Assembly: GCF_964355755.1 (NCBI RefSeq)
Contig: NC_092672.1
Span: 32,122,437-32,186,436 of the forward strand
Source of the DNA: Antedon mediterranea
Lineage: Eukaryota; Animalia; Echinodermata
Direction: 5' to 3'
Length of the DNA: 64,000 bases
Every line of letters starts with the position of its first letter. The stretch's first letter is position 1. The notes beneath the pieces were generated by a model. The model saw nothing but the letters and a program-made list of their open reading frames with translations, was not told the origin of the DNA and searched no databases. Shown in pieces: positions 37,301 to 52,300 of the stretch. A program made the translations under genes and the position numbers.

Positions 37301-40300
37301 CTTTTTAATTGTGTGAGATTTGTAAAGGTTTTTGTTCATTTAACCTTCGCGCTAAACAAAAGTTGTTGAACAGTTTGATTGTTTTTCAGTCACAGCTTTA
37401 GTGTATTGTCTATGAAGTGGAAGATCAGGCGATTGGACGCCCTAACTACCCCTTTATGTCCAATAATCCCCCTTTGTAGTAATCTAAATACTGCTTCCCT
37501 GGAAGCCTAACACTTAATCCACATGACCAATACAGCATATAAATTTGTACAATTTATCAGCTTGTTGGAAAGAATTAAGTTCCTTAATTATATCAATTCC
37601 CAAACTCTTATTATTTTTAACCATTGTGCTGGTTTGTTGACCCTTAGGTATTCAATGGTTAGTAATACCCATATCAAATATTACCCTAAATTTCCCCTAA
37701 ATTTCCTAGTACTTATATTCATTCATTCATTCATTTGATTCAACCTGTTAACGCCCATTTATACTAGGACGATAATGATCGACGATAAATATATAAGCAT
37801 GCATTTGTTTTACATAAAACAAAAGAAATTAGAAATGTTTTCGTTCTAGAACTATAGGATAATCATTTATGCTGTCTTTGATAAAAATAATATTTTTAAA
37901 ATTCCAATCAAATGACGTCATGATAAATAAAAACAATAAAATCGTTGTATTTGTCACGATGTTTTTGCTCTTTCAAATCATGACGTCATTTGATTGGACG
38001 TGTGAAAATATAATTTTCATCAAAGGAAGCACAGATAGTTATTTTATAGTTCTAGAATGAATAGTGTTTGTATTTCTTTTGTTTTATGTATAAAAAATGC
38101 ATAGTTTGTCTATTCATCTTCACAGTATTAATTAGTAAAACTGAATTTTGATAGAATTTCACGGGATAACATTACAACAATGATTTGATTTTAATTTATT
38201 ATGAAAATCATAAAAAATACATACAAAAAGCTTATTAGCTTATTTCCATTTCCATACAATGTATAAGAATATCAATGTAAATCACCAAAAATTGACATAA
38301 AATTATCAGTTTCTGTACAGTATAATATTATACAGATATTGACTGCTTAGAGGTTAAATATAAGATTTGACATCCCCGAGGGAATGATATTAAGTTCGAG
38401 GGAATATATATTTCCCGAAGCGCCAGCTGAGGGAAATATATATTCCCCGAGAACTTAATATCATTCCCGAGGGGATGTCAAATCTTATATTTAACCGATA
38501 TAAAAGGCAATATCTGTTATATTATATAGCCAAGAACAAGTCTGCTGGGTTGGGTGAAGCTAGGCTAGCTAGGCCTCCTTATAGTATTTGTATTGTATTT
38601 AAAACAAGCCTGCCTAGACACCTTACCTTGCGAAGAATAATATACAGATAATTACTAATTAATGATTCCTTGGCAATAAAATATTCACTTAGGCCTCGGT
38701 CGTTTAAATTAACAGAAGAATTTCCATCAATAAGCCTATTAATAATAATATTATAATCAGGTAGGCCGAATAAACAATTCGTCGTCTTCTCGATCTTCGA
38801 GGAGCCGAATCACCGGATGTTCAGCGCGTACTAGTTACTAGGTTACTACCGTGAGTTTTGACCAATCATAAACGGTGTTTCATCACATTTAGGGTGGACT
38901 TATAACAAATGAGGGCGCTATGTATGCATAGCTTAAATAGTTTAGAAGATTAATTTCTTCAAGCAAATTCCGTGGCCCAGCGGATGAAACGTCGTCTTGC
39001 GATGGAGTGACAATTCCACCCGAGTTCAAGATCGAGTAGATGACTTTTGTTTATTTATCGGCAAACTCGAGTGTTGCACACGAAAATTACACAGTCAATA
39101 TCATCGTACTCGAGAATTTATATGATTAATGACAGGGGACACGATTATTACGCGAAAATTACACAGTCAATATCATCGTTCTCGAGGATATATACGATTT
39201 ACGATCCTCGCAGCGGTAGTCATGTGATGCAGTTTCAACCAATCACGTTCGCGTATTTACATAGGCTATGTAATATACTATTTTAGTTTGAACCACTGTA
39301 CCTGTCTAGTGGCCTTTTAAGCATTCAGTATGGCTAGAAATATACCTATATAAAACCCTCAAATTTTCCAAAATAAACGCTGTAGTTTACAATCATACTA
39401 CGCTAGTATAAACTGGATATTGTGTTCCGTATGTGCACAGTATGGTATGATATGTTACAATTGTAATTTTGTGTTTTATCAGTAAACAAATATTTAACTA
39501 TGTTTAACTATCAATCCAGAAGTTATTTTTGTTCAGTCTTGGTATTAATAGGGAAGGAATTGCATAGCATTGTTGTTAGACTATATGCTGATAATACCCC
39601 AGTTGCAATGTACATTCTATGTAAATAAGAAATTAATTTAATTGTTTTTTTTTGGTTGTAACATGAAATGATATAAAAATTGAATCATTGAAGAATAACA
39701 TTATCTAGATCTATTTTTTAAAGCCATTGATTTAAAAGTTCAGGGAATAATTTCGCCAGTATAGCATAGCAAAAAGCTATACAAAACAACAACCTTTTTG
39801 CTACACATTTCTGATTATTGTGTAGTAAAAAATACAATACAGAAATATGTTTCTCGACTCAAAAATTAGTTTGCTTTAGCAATATTTCTAATCAAAATTT
39901 TGAAATGAAATTTCTCCCTGAAGTTTCACATTTTTGGTCAAATCAATGTGAAGAACTATTATGTGACATTACAATGGAATATAAATTTGTATTTATTTTT
40001 TTTCAGGGGGATAATATAAAAGTAACTGTATGTTAATTGTGTACTATTCATTTCAATATTGACTGTTAATAATATCACTATATGAACTATTTCTGTCGTG
40101 ATCATATTATCTCACACTATAGTATGATGCAACTTCCTTATGGGTTTAGAATCGAATAAACGGGCGTGGTTGTCCGGTTTAAGAATGAAACAAATGACCA
40201 TGCACAATGATTGTTTTCAAGTGGCATTTTACAGCGCCGGCAAACTTTCGACCTTTGAACCATCAATAAACATTGAAATCGTAAATATTTATTGTTTGAT

Positions 40301-43300
40301 TTCTTTTGATTGAAAGATCATTTTTATCCTTCTTTTGTTGAGGTTGTTAGTGGCTTACCTGGATATAATCCAGGATTTAAAACGATCTAGGTTGTTGTTG
40401 ATTTAGGGAAAACAAACAAAAATCTGTGCAAACGTTTTTACTACGTTGATATATTTAGTTAATGGTACTGTTGGCATTTAAATCAATATAATTATACTCC
40501 ATATTCTCCATTGCCTGAACCAGTTGTTTGTAGGCTAAAAAAAATTTTTAATAATATTATACTTGCAAAAAGTCATTCTTTTAGCTGAACTATTTAATAG
40601 AATCGATAAATGTTTTCTACTACTAGGAGTTTCAATTTTAAACTGCCAAACAGAAGAAGAAAGGTTGTTTTTTCTAGACTACTATAGTTACTAAATTTGA
40701 ATTTGGTAAATTGGTAAATAGATAAATTAAAGACCCCTTCCCTGCAATTTTGGACGTTTTTTGGAAAATAATACATATATATCACTTTAAAAACATTAAA
40801 CCATGTCATTCCTTGTCTTAAATGTACGTTTTATGGTAAATTATGATAAAAAGTGAGAAACAATGCACTACCTAAGTAGCTCGCGGCGATCGACCTCTCG
40901 TGGACGGTCTTAGGCCTAGCCTGGCTTAGTTTTTTAGGCCTAGCTGGTAAACATCGGTAACGTACGAACATCGTACGCTAGCTATATACCTAGCCTGACG
41001 TTGTATAGTTGCTGCATTTATAATTGTCTTTCTATTTTTGCCAGACTCCGTTGATACAAATTGGGGAAAACCCGATATTTTCGCTGAAAAGTTAGGAGTC
41101 TTCCATTTGTTTTGGCCTCACGATCGATCGAAAAGTGGGCGAATTACAGGTGAAAAACAAAAATATCAATCCGCGCGCAATGCATTTTGGGATTTATAGC
41201 GGGCCGCTATAATTATTAAAATCGACTTATTTTTCACATTTTTAACCGTTTAAAGACGAAAAAAGTTATCGCAATAGGACCATATAGTATTATTTTTACA
41301 TTAAATATAGTTTGTGATCTTAAATTAGATCTAAAAAACGTAGGGAATGGGGCTTTAAAGTAACTCCTAGCATACTGTAGGTGTTTCAATTTGCGGTATT
41401 CTTACTGGTTTAGTTTTCGTAGTACTTAATATGCTCCTCCTGAGGACGATTAAATATTTTGATCGAAACATTACTTAGGAACTCAACAGTTCTTTTCAGA
41501 TCTACATATGTGGTGTATCGCAAACTTTATATCAATATAAATACATGTTATTTTCATTGTTTCTCATTGTTCCCCAACATACAGTAGCCACTGTATGTAG
41601 CTCTAGTCAATGTATGAGAAAAGGGCTTTGTAGTGGTAGCATGAGGTCATACCTGGGTGTGACCCATCATTACAGCGAACACCATGCTAGATTTATTAGG
41701 CCTAGATTGCTGTAATTACAGCCCACTCCAGCTTGTCATGGGCCAGTTGCGCTGTTTTCACTTGCTGTTTTTCGACAGCTACTCGTTACTAATTAATAAT
41801 CTTAACTTATCCCAGGAGTGTGTTTGTCAATTGTGGAATGCATTTTCGTTATTGGGCCGGTTTGATACGTTTCTGAGTAGTAGTTCGTTATAGTAATTAA
41901 TTATACACTCTACGCTATAATAAGATCGCCAGGTACGGTACTACTAGCTAATGAGGAATGTAAGAGAGTTAGTGAATGCATATAATAGATTGAGTTTCTT
42001 TTTTTTGTCTTATGTATTAATAGATTGAGTTTCTTATAGATTCATTCATATTAATATTACCAAAATAATTTTAATAAAAACTAGTGATATATGAGTTGTG
42101 TACATTTTTAGAACAACATTGGATACAATTTGCTTCAAATAATGAGAAAGAAAAAGTAAATTAGTAATGATATTAAAATAATTTTGTTCTAGTTTTATTT
42201 TATAATTGATTAGTATAATTTTGATAATGAAATAATGTTTAAAGTTTTTGATGTGGAATGGAAATTAAACAAATTATATACAAATTTATTATTTTACAGT
42301 ATTTCTGTTCATATAAGGGTCAATACATTATAATAATTTTTAACAAAAAATATTAAAATTCATATTAAAATAAATTTTTACTGAAATTCGCAGATCAATC
42401 AAGAGAAGAACAAAAAAAATGAAAATGTAAGGTACAGATATTTTACTGTACAGTACTACCATTTTCACAAATTGGCAAAGCCAAGTCATGGGACTTTACT
42501 ATAGATGGTATTTTATACCATTTTCACAAATTGGTAAAGCCAAGTCATGGGACTTTACTATAGATGGTATTTTATACCATTTTCACAAATTGGTAAAGCC
42601 AAGTCATGGGACTTTACTATAGATGGTATTTTATACCATTTTCACAAATTGGCAAAGCCAAGTCATGGGACTTTACTATAGATGGTATTTTATACCATTT
42701 TCACAAATTGGTAAAGCCAAGTCATGGGACTTTACTATAGATGGTATTTTATACCATTTTCACAAATTGGTAAAGCCAAGTCATGGGACTAGTCTATAGA
42801 TGGTATCTTACTGTGCTACAGTACCATTTTCACAAATTGATAAAGCCAGGTTATGGGACATTACTATTATTAATAATATGGTATTTTACTGTACTACCAT
42901 TTTCACAAATGGTAAATCCAAGTCATTGGACTTTTACAACGATAACAACAGCCAAACAAAGGGAGACGTGTTAAAGTTGCCTTTGTTAGACAAATGCTTT
43001 TATCAAAACATTACACCTCTGTGGGATGTCTCCATTTAAGGCAAAAAAAATATTGAATCGTTAAACGCTGGATGGCACATGATACAATGAATTTAAAACT
43101 GTTTGGAACAAACTGTTCTTCGAAATATTGTACATTTTAGAAAATATTGTTTCAAATTTTAGAGAAAGATGAGATTGTGGAAATATGTCCTAATCATGAA
43201 CCATATGTTTGAATATTTTACTTTTTGCTTAGATTCTGTGGTTTAATCATGAAGGTATCTAATTGTATACATCCATGGTTAAATTATGGTCGTCGAAAGG

Positions 43301-46300
43301 ATCTATTTTTTACTATATTATTAATGTAATTTAGGAAATGATAAATTTTGTTTTTTAGTTTTTGGATGACCTTTGAACTAGTTTCTGTTGTAGGGTTTCG
43401 TTTAGAGCTGTTAATACAGTAGTTGTGTATTTTGTATAGTATTCTTGTGGTTTCAGTTGTGGAGAATATGAAATATTAATGGCTGCCAAATAAGGCTGAT
43501 TACCATGCATAAGCAAGCCAGTGACTAAGCAACAACTGAGAGCACAAACAGCCTGGCACTGATTAGGGATCACCTAAGAAAATCAAGGACATACTTAGAA
43601 ATGTTCATGTCTGCATATTAGATGATACTCAGGGGAGAATTTTGGTTTTGTTGTAGTTTTGCTTTTCAGTATACTCTGTACAGTGGGTCTTTAAATATTG
43701 CATTGCTTAAATTGTTTTTACCTTCTATGTATTCTTTATTCAAATATAAAAGTCCTGTCCAAACTTGAAGAGTCGTATTACCGTGACGCTTGGAACTGGT
43801 ACTGTAACGCTTTACATACGACTGTGGCGGTTAGAACCTTTACCGTGACTCTTGACGATATCAGTCACACACACAAATAGATTATAGAGCATGATATCTA
43901 CACAGGTAGACATTGAAACAAATTGACATCGCATGTTTATGGATGATACTACCAGTACACTACACTACAGAAAATATTGTTATTTTACAGTACATATCTA
44001 TTTCTTACTTGCCTAATATTGTAACAAAATTATAACCAAGGCCCGCTTTTTCAAAGAGTCAAAATACAGAGTCAAATACGGTAGATGTTACACCTTTTTA
44101 AAAGACATAATACATAGTTGTTGTTTGATGTTGTTATTTTATTATTTTATTTATTTATTTTATATATAAACTATTTCTTTTAATAGTTAATTAATTAAGT
44201 ATAAATATGAATGGTGGTAGTCTAAAAATAGACTTTAAGCAGAGACCACCATTTGCAAAATAAAGAAACAATTGAAAAAACAAAAATTAAAAAAATAAAT
44301 AGTTAAAAAATAAATGCATAACGTTTGTTATGTTAATCAATGCGTTTGTTAACTATAAAGTACCAGCACAATTTTGTATAATGTCCATGTGCAATACATT
44401 AATGTATTTTTAAATCATTAATATAATTAATAATAGTATGGTAGTCATATCAGTAACGTGCATAAATGCCTGTCCCCAGGTAAAAAATTTGTATTACGAA
44501 AAGTACAAACATTTTATGTTGAAACTGACGAAAATTTGAAGATATTGTAGGCCCTATTAAAAAAAAATATTTATGCAGTTTTCAAACATTGTAACAAGCT
44601 GAAACTACCAACATTTTAAGGTTGAAACTGACAAAAATGTTAAAATTTGAAGATATTGTAGGCCCTATTAAAAATAAATATTTATGCAGTTTTTAAACAT
44701 TTTCTTCAATAAATAAATATACAACAAACATTTTAGCAATGTGCTGTGTACAGTAGTTGGCATTTCCTTTTTGGCCAAATAAAATAAACTATGAACTATC
44801 TATAAAACATCTAGTTTTATTCTGGGGATTTTTATTAATTTATTATTACTAATATAATAGAATTTTGAGTGGGTGTTTTTGTCAGATCCAGGGTTTATTT
44901 TGTAGAGCATTCATTTAAACATCCTAGCAGATGTTATTTGCAAAGCTTTAATAAACACATTTTAGGTTAAAAAGATTCGTTTGCAATTTGTTGATTAAAG
45001 AAAGTAGCGGTGTAATTCCTGAGAGCTTTGTAAATGAAGGTGGGCGTAGAAGGGTTAAATTAATATTGTCATTCGTATAGGTAGTGTTTATACAACACGC
45101 TGAACATTAATTATTTTCAGATACAGCCAACGAGAAGTCTGTTGTACAGCTTCGAACAAGTTACACGTATTGAGAATTGCTAAATGGCTACTACAGTATA
45201 GGCAAATCATTTGTTTTACTAAAGAAATCTACTATTAAAACTTAATATTATTTCTTTATGATGTTGATGCTCGCCTTTATAAAAAATTTGGTAGAATCCT
45301 TCTTTGAGGCATTCTTAATAAATGGATACTTTACCGAGAAACGAAAGATAAGTCTTAACACTAGGTCAACACAACATTTTGTTGGGTCCTGAATGTGTCC
45401 CTTTAATAGGAGTTCTACATGAGGTACTGTGTACATCTACCATATATCCTTTGGTATAAGCCCACTTTGGGTCTAATACCAACCACTGTACTTTAGATCT
45501 GATTTCACAAACAGGCATATCCCTGGGTATAGTCCCAGTATTGACTTTCGATCTGGATGTACAGGCCTCTTTCTAGCCAGTTCAGATGAGTTTTTACAAG
45601 AGATTACAATTTTTTTTTTTCCTGAATCAGGCTTTCCCCGAGTATAGTCCCACTTCCCAATTTCGTGTTCTTTGGGGGAAGGGGGATTATTCTAGAGGAT
45701 ACGGTATATGTTCTAGAATTCTCTATACTCTGCATTCGTCTCGAGAGTTTCATTTGTCACAGTTTTTGTATCTGGGCTCAATGTCACAGTAGCTATACTA
45801 AAACTTTATTAACCCTTGAAATTGTAAATTTGAACAGTTGTAGGATGTAAAGATAAAGTACAGAAATTGTCAACAACTTATGACCACATTTAATAATAAT
45901 TGGTCCTCATAATCATCCTAAATTAGACTTTAGAATTTGATCTTGATTTGTTATTTGATAACTTATATCTTATCTGTTTATGAATATCGAATAATCATAA
46001 ATTTAAAGGAGCCGTATGTATTAGAGATTTAATTTTCATTGTACATTTATCATATGGTGGGTAATCACATGAGCTTTATAATTGATTTGTTTAATATTTA
46101 TCGGGTGAATATTAAAGCTCTGTCTACAGTATCAAACTAGTTTGACAAAAAAGTGTGATTTGCTTACATTATTATGGTAGTGATATGCTTAAATATGGTA
46201 GTGATACGATTAAATATGGTAGTGATATGACATCATGTCCATATATGGGCACATCACATATTTTTGTCGCATAAAGTTTGATAGTGTAGACAGAGCTTGA

Positions 46301-49300
46301 TTAAACTTTTACTCTAGATCTGTTGTAAAATTTAACAGTTATATCTATTTAAAATATTTTCTTGGTGTTAAATATTAACATAGTGTTTTTGATTATTTGA
46401 ATGTTTGTCCTAGTGATCTGGAGGTCGTGGGTTTGAGTCCCACCCGAGAGTTATTTTCGTCCATTTCAGTACATACAAGTTACAACAGCATTATTCTGTT
46501 TGTTCTGCATCCCATAATAGTATCTTCAATCCACATTTAATATGCAAACATTCTCGAAAACATCTTACATCCGCAATTAATAATAATCCATTAGCTCGCA
46601 ACGCCTAAATTGATTTTAAAATGTAAAGTGCAAGTTGTTGCGAACCAGCCATCGCCTTTGCAATTATGCTGCCAATCAATATTAATATCACTCTTTACAA
46701 AGGACCCTAGAATGTCACGATTATTCATATTACTAGGCACGATAATTTCTGATGCATTTTTGCTGAATATAATAATAGACCAATCATGTAATGTACATTG
46801 TGGAGAGTGCAGACCAATCGCGTGAGACTGACCAACAATGGACTAAACATCCTTGTGTTGTGGTCACTGATTGACCAATTGTTTATTCTGCTTCAATTTC
46901 CATTAGCTCCTTAGACAATAGATGAATTACTCCTTTCAAGCATAGAGAAATTATTTATCTAAATATTTCCTCCATGTTCCAAGTATTAATTAATAAAAAC
47001 AATGTGTTCAAGTATTTGTATTGGTTTTGTATGCAGAATGATGGAAATTATTCTTGCGGAAACTACTGTAGTATAGGATATTGATATTTTCTTTGAAAAG
47101 TTGCCGCTAAGAATAATAAAAGATAGATTGCAAAATTCAATTTGCTCGCAAAAGACGAGTTATTTTGAAAACTTATGAAAATTATAATTAAACGATTGAT
47201 GCATAAAATTGCAACCATGAATCTAATTGGTTGTAGTTGTACCCTACTTTTAGAAGTAGTGCTTGTTCTCTGTATGTATTACGTTGCCATGCAGGAATGT
47301 CCAGTTACCTAAAATGCTAATGTAATTAATAAACATATTAAAAGTCGTGTTTCTTTTGTGTAATTAGTGATGTAAAATATAGAAAACGCATTTCAAATTT
47401 AAATAATTTATAGTAAATAAATTATACTGTATATATATACTGTATATAAATGTTTTTTTTTTTTACTGCAAGTGTGTGTTTTTTTTAATTAAAAATAATG
47501 ATATCGTACCATACCATGAATGATGAGTGAATGTAAATAATTACCTAATATTTTATGCAATAATTACTGTACATTTGTCAGGGCATTATTGCAATATATT
47601 GGTCACTAGGGAGCCATGCTTTACATTCTGAAAGGGTGATAATGACAAGAAATATATATCTATATAAATATAGTTATTATTTTTTACTTTCTTTATTCTT
47701 TATTCTTTATTTCAAGCCAACAGTGTAAAACACCAATAACAGGTTGAAAATAAAATAACTAAACTACAGTATATATATAAATAAGCCAATATAAGTATAT
47801 ACAAAATGTGAATAAGATTATTTAAATAATTTCATTAATAATACATTTAAATTGAGAGAAATTACAGTTAAAGATATTTTTTAAAAGACATGAATTGTAC
47901 AAAGACGAAAGTCTACAGAAAATACCATTTTTACAAACATTGACAGGAGAAAATTTAACATGAAGAAAGGGTTTACTACGAAGATTACGAACAGGAACAT
48001 TAAAATAAAACAACGAAACAAGATGACAATCATATTATATGAAACCTACCGAATTGATTTACTGTACTTTGCTTATCGAAGTAATAATTACTTTTATTTT
48101 AAAATCTTTCATTTGTTTTTATATTTCAGAACGACGGACGGGCGTTTTGATTCAGCGTACGAAGGCAGAACTTTTGACCGTGAAAGGATTTATAATAATA
48201 ATAGGACTGTTACAAACGTAGCAGATGATGATACGGACTCCACGACAAGTGGTTCTTTTCGCAATCGGCGGACTTATAATAACTTTTACTCACATTCCAG
48301 AACTGAAGGGAATTATGAAGGAAATTATTACAGTGGAAATAGGGAACAATACGCGCCAGGCTACGTCCGGTCAGAGCGAACAGAAAACTATGATAGTAGT
48401 ACTAGAAAGAGTAAAAATTTAAGCAAATTGAGGACTAACAAGAGTAAGAGTGGCTCCTCTCACTCAGGTTCAGTTTCACGATCTCAAAGTTTTAGTCCTT
48501 CTCGAAGTCGATCACGGAGCCGGAGTAATAGTTCGGACTCTCGGAGTAGCACTAGTGACAATCGTTCACGGAGATCAAAAAGTAGTGATAAAGGAAGTTT
48601 AAATACGGATCATACAAGCTGTTCTGGAGTTAATAAACAATTTGGATTATGTGTTAAAAATTTACCCACAAGATCAACAGGTAAGGGAAAAAAAATCTGT
48701 GCTCATTTTGTAAAAATGTGTGTTTAGGACCAAAATTTCTATTCAAAGAACAAGGCAGTAAAAGCTCTACACTACCAAACTTTATGTGAAAAAAAAGAGG
48801 TGATGTGCCCATATATGGACATGATGACATCATATCACTACCATATTTGGGGATATCACTACCATACTTGGGCACATCACATTTTTTTTGTCAAACTAGT
48901 TTGATAGTATAGACAGAGCAAGATGATACCACGAGGATAGAAGCTTACATTTTCCTGTTTTTCATCATCACAGTCTCTATCTACCATACATTACTTGGGA
49001 ATTTATTCATCACATTTGACACTTAATATTGGTATGGGGTGGAGGAATGATTGAATTACATTAAAGTTTCCACTTATTGTTAACTATCATAATAATAATC
49101 CATTTCTTTAAATTTTAAAGAAAGCATTCCTCAAAAAATAAGACAATTTATCTTAAATGATACTAAGCATATACAGTACTGGTAATGTTCTGGATTTTTG
49201 AATGCGCAGTACTTGGTAAAAATTACTGATCTTAGTACTAAAATGTAGCTGCCTGACATCAGGCCACCTTATCACATTAACACCTTAAGTACCGTGTTTT

Positions 49301-52300
49301 AATGTGTACATAACATTTTTGTGTACATAACCTTTTAAGATTTCCCCCTGTTAATGTTCAATTTATCATTTAACCTAGATTAGCTAGTTGCGTAGTTTTG
49401 CCAAGTAATGGCATACTTGACCTTTAGTTGAAGTGACGCGAAGAACGAAGTGAAAGTGTCGACATTGCCGCCGCATTTCCCTAAATCAGTGTTTCCTTAA
49501 ACAGTGAATCATGTGATTTTAGTTGTGGGGATTGCAATAAAATCACTCTCTGTACATTTTAGGACTTGCTATAGCTCTGTCTACACTATCAAACTTTATG
49601 TGACAAAAAAATGTGATGTGCCCATACCAATGATATTATTGTTTATCACACTGTTTTTGTTAAACTAGTTTGATAGACAGAACCTAACATTAGTGTTATT
49701 GAGGAGGCAATGAGTTATATAATGCTTTCTACCGTAGTATGTGTCGTACTGTTTCTATTTCAATTACTGTGATATGAATAGTCTACTATTACTACTACTA
49801 CTACGGTACTGTACATTTAGATATAGACATTTGTCAAAAGTTAAATATTTTTCAAAATTGTCTTGGTGAGATAACATACAGTAGAATGCATTTAAAATAC
49901 TCACAAGAGAGACATTAAAAACATAACAAAAAGGTCAATATTGCAACAATTAAGATACCAAATTAAAAAGTTCTCTTCAATTTATTTTTGTTGTTTTTGC
50001 TAGAATTTAACAAATATAAATTTGGACTTTTTTTGCGTTATATTTGTATAAATCTGTAGTCTGAAAAAATAATGAAGATGAACAGAGGTCAAATGATATT
50101 CTCTAAGAAGGTCACTGTTACATTTAAAATTGGAAACATGTTCAACCTATTAAATTCAATTTACTGTAGATCCTGCATCAATATTAATATTCATTTATAA
50201 ATTGTAATTTGGCCATAATTGATACCAGTTACCTGGCAATGTATTATTATTTAAATATAATTTTAATAAGTCTTGGAACACGATTAACATTTTCTGTTAA
50301 AGTGTACAATAAAATTTAATATAATATTTATGGTAGGGTTATATTAGTTCTTTAAATAGTTCATCAATTTTTATCAATACTTACAGTATAGAGATTTTAC
50401 TGTTTGACAATTAAAATACAATTGTATGTAACTAAAGTCTGATGATAATGTTATTACAGTATTGGAAATGATACACCATACTTTGAATATTATTTTAAAA
50501 TTATTAAGCAATTTGTTTGATAATATTGAATATTCTTAAGCTCTGTGTACACTATCAAACTAGTTTGATAAAAAATGTGTGATGTTCTCAAATATGGTAG
50601 AGATATGCCTAAATATGGTAGAGATATGCCTAAATATGGTAGAGATATGCCTAAATATGGTAGAGATATGCCTAAATATGGTAATGATATGATATCATCA
50701 TGTCATTATGTTTTTTGTCACAAAGTTTGATGATAGTGAGCTTTAGTTTTAGTAAATAGAATTGTTGTACATTTTGATAGATAGAATTCATCATCTTCCT
50801 AAACTGTGCAGAACATTGTTTGAATATAGTAAGTCACACATGATTCAACCATTAGTAAACCATACAACTCAAATTTCCATTCATTTATTAAAAGCAATAG
50901 CTTTAATAGTATTATTCAACAAAACGTATTTTAAACAAAAAAAGACATATTTGGATTTAGAAATCTGTAAAATGCTGTGATTGTTACAGTCTGCAAGCTA
51001 AACATTTGATAATCAAAGAGGGAAGTACAACAGGAAGTGACTAAGTTGTACAAAAGAGAAATCTATTACCAACTAGCAGTAGGACATTAAGGTCAGCCTA
51101 GACATAGTCTATTGACCTTAAAAACCACAAAATTGTGTTCTTTAGGCCTAGAGGGCTTTGAGCTCTACAAAATGGAATTGTTTAAAAAACTAAAGCTCGG
51201 TCTACACTATAACAAACTTTATGTGACAAAATAAATGGGATGTACCCATAAACATGATGCTATCATATCATTTCCTTATTTGGGTATATCACTAACATAT
51301 TTGGGCACATCACACTTTTTGTCAAACTAGTTTGATAGTGTAGACAGAGCTTTAGCAAAGCTAAATTTATAATGGTGAATCGATGTATGCATTAATTCAT
51401 TCAAACTGATCTGATCAATAATTTGATGCCATTACTGATTACTGATGAGATAATACAACGTTCTTTGTTGCTGGCTGTACATTCCTAAACCTTTTGTTTT
51501 CTTTTTAAAAAGACATGAAAATGTTATCCTTATATTTTTACAATATTTTAAAACTTTTTTTGTGAGTTGTTTTATACCAGCAGAATAAATAAAAAAGAGA
51601 AAATCTTATTATTCAATAGGTAAAATGTTGAGTACCACTGAGTGAATGAAAGAATTTTTGATTTAGAAAAATAACTTTAAATACATTTTCATAGAATTAT
51701 GTTAATCATTTCCTCGAAGTTGTAAAATTTCAAATAAACTTTTTAATAATTATTAATTCCATTAAATAATGAATTTTCATCTTCACACTTGCTATAATTT
51801 TCAGTTGGAAAAAATACTGTAATTGTTTTTTGACACTTTTTACAAAATATGTCATAAAATGAATGATTAATAATCTAGCTATGAAACTGAATCAATTTTA
51901 TTTATTTTTTTAGATACAAGTATTAAAGATGGATTATTTCATGAATTTAAAAAGTTTGGTCAAGTTACAGCGGTCACAGTGCAGGGCAGTGCGGACGATA
52001 GGTTTGGCATTGTGTTCTTCAAAAGGTATTTTCATTTCCAACATTTCAGTTTTTTTTTTAAATGATTAAAGTTGTAAAAAAAGATTTCGCAGATAATGAG
52101 ATACTTTGATCAGTGGGTCAGAAATAGAATTTCTCTCAAATTTACCCAATGACCACATTCTAGATCATTTTAAATTTTCGTCAGAAGAGTGAATTAATAA
52201 TAAACAAAGTATTTTCATCATTTTTGTGAACTCTGACAATAGGTACAGTAATTTGGTAAATATATGGATATGGTCAACTTAAAGTGGTAAAGAACTGTCC

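Noticed and set aside
44209-44260. Hairpin ATGGTGGT...ACCACCAT followed by AATAAA as an ncRNA
   Set aside because: More consistent with a decayed LINE 3' tail; too little sequence to call.
47960-48129. N-terminal part of the 255-aa ORF (MKKGF...)
   Set aside because: Intronic read-through overlapping a LINE remnant and the polypyrimidine tract. The real exon starts at 48130.
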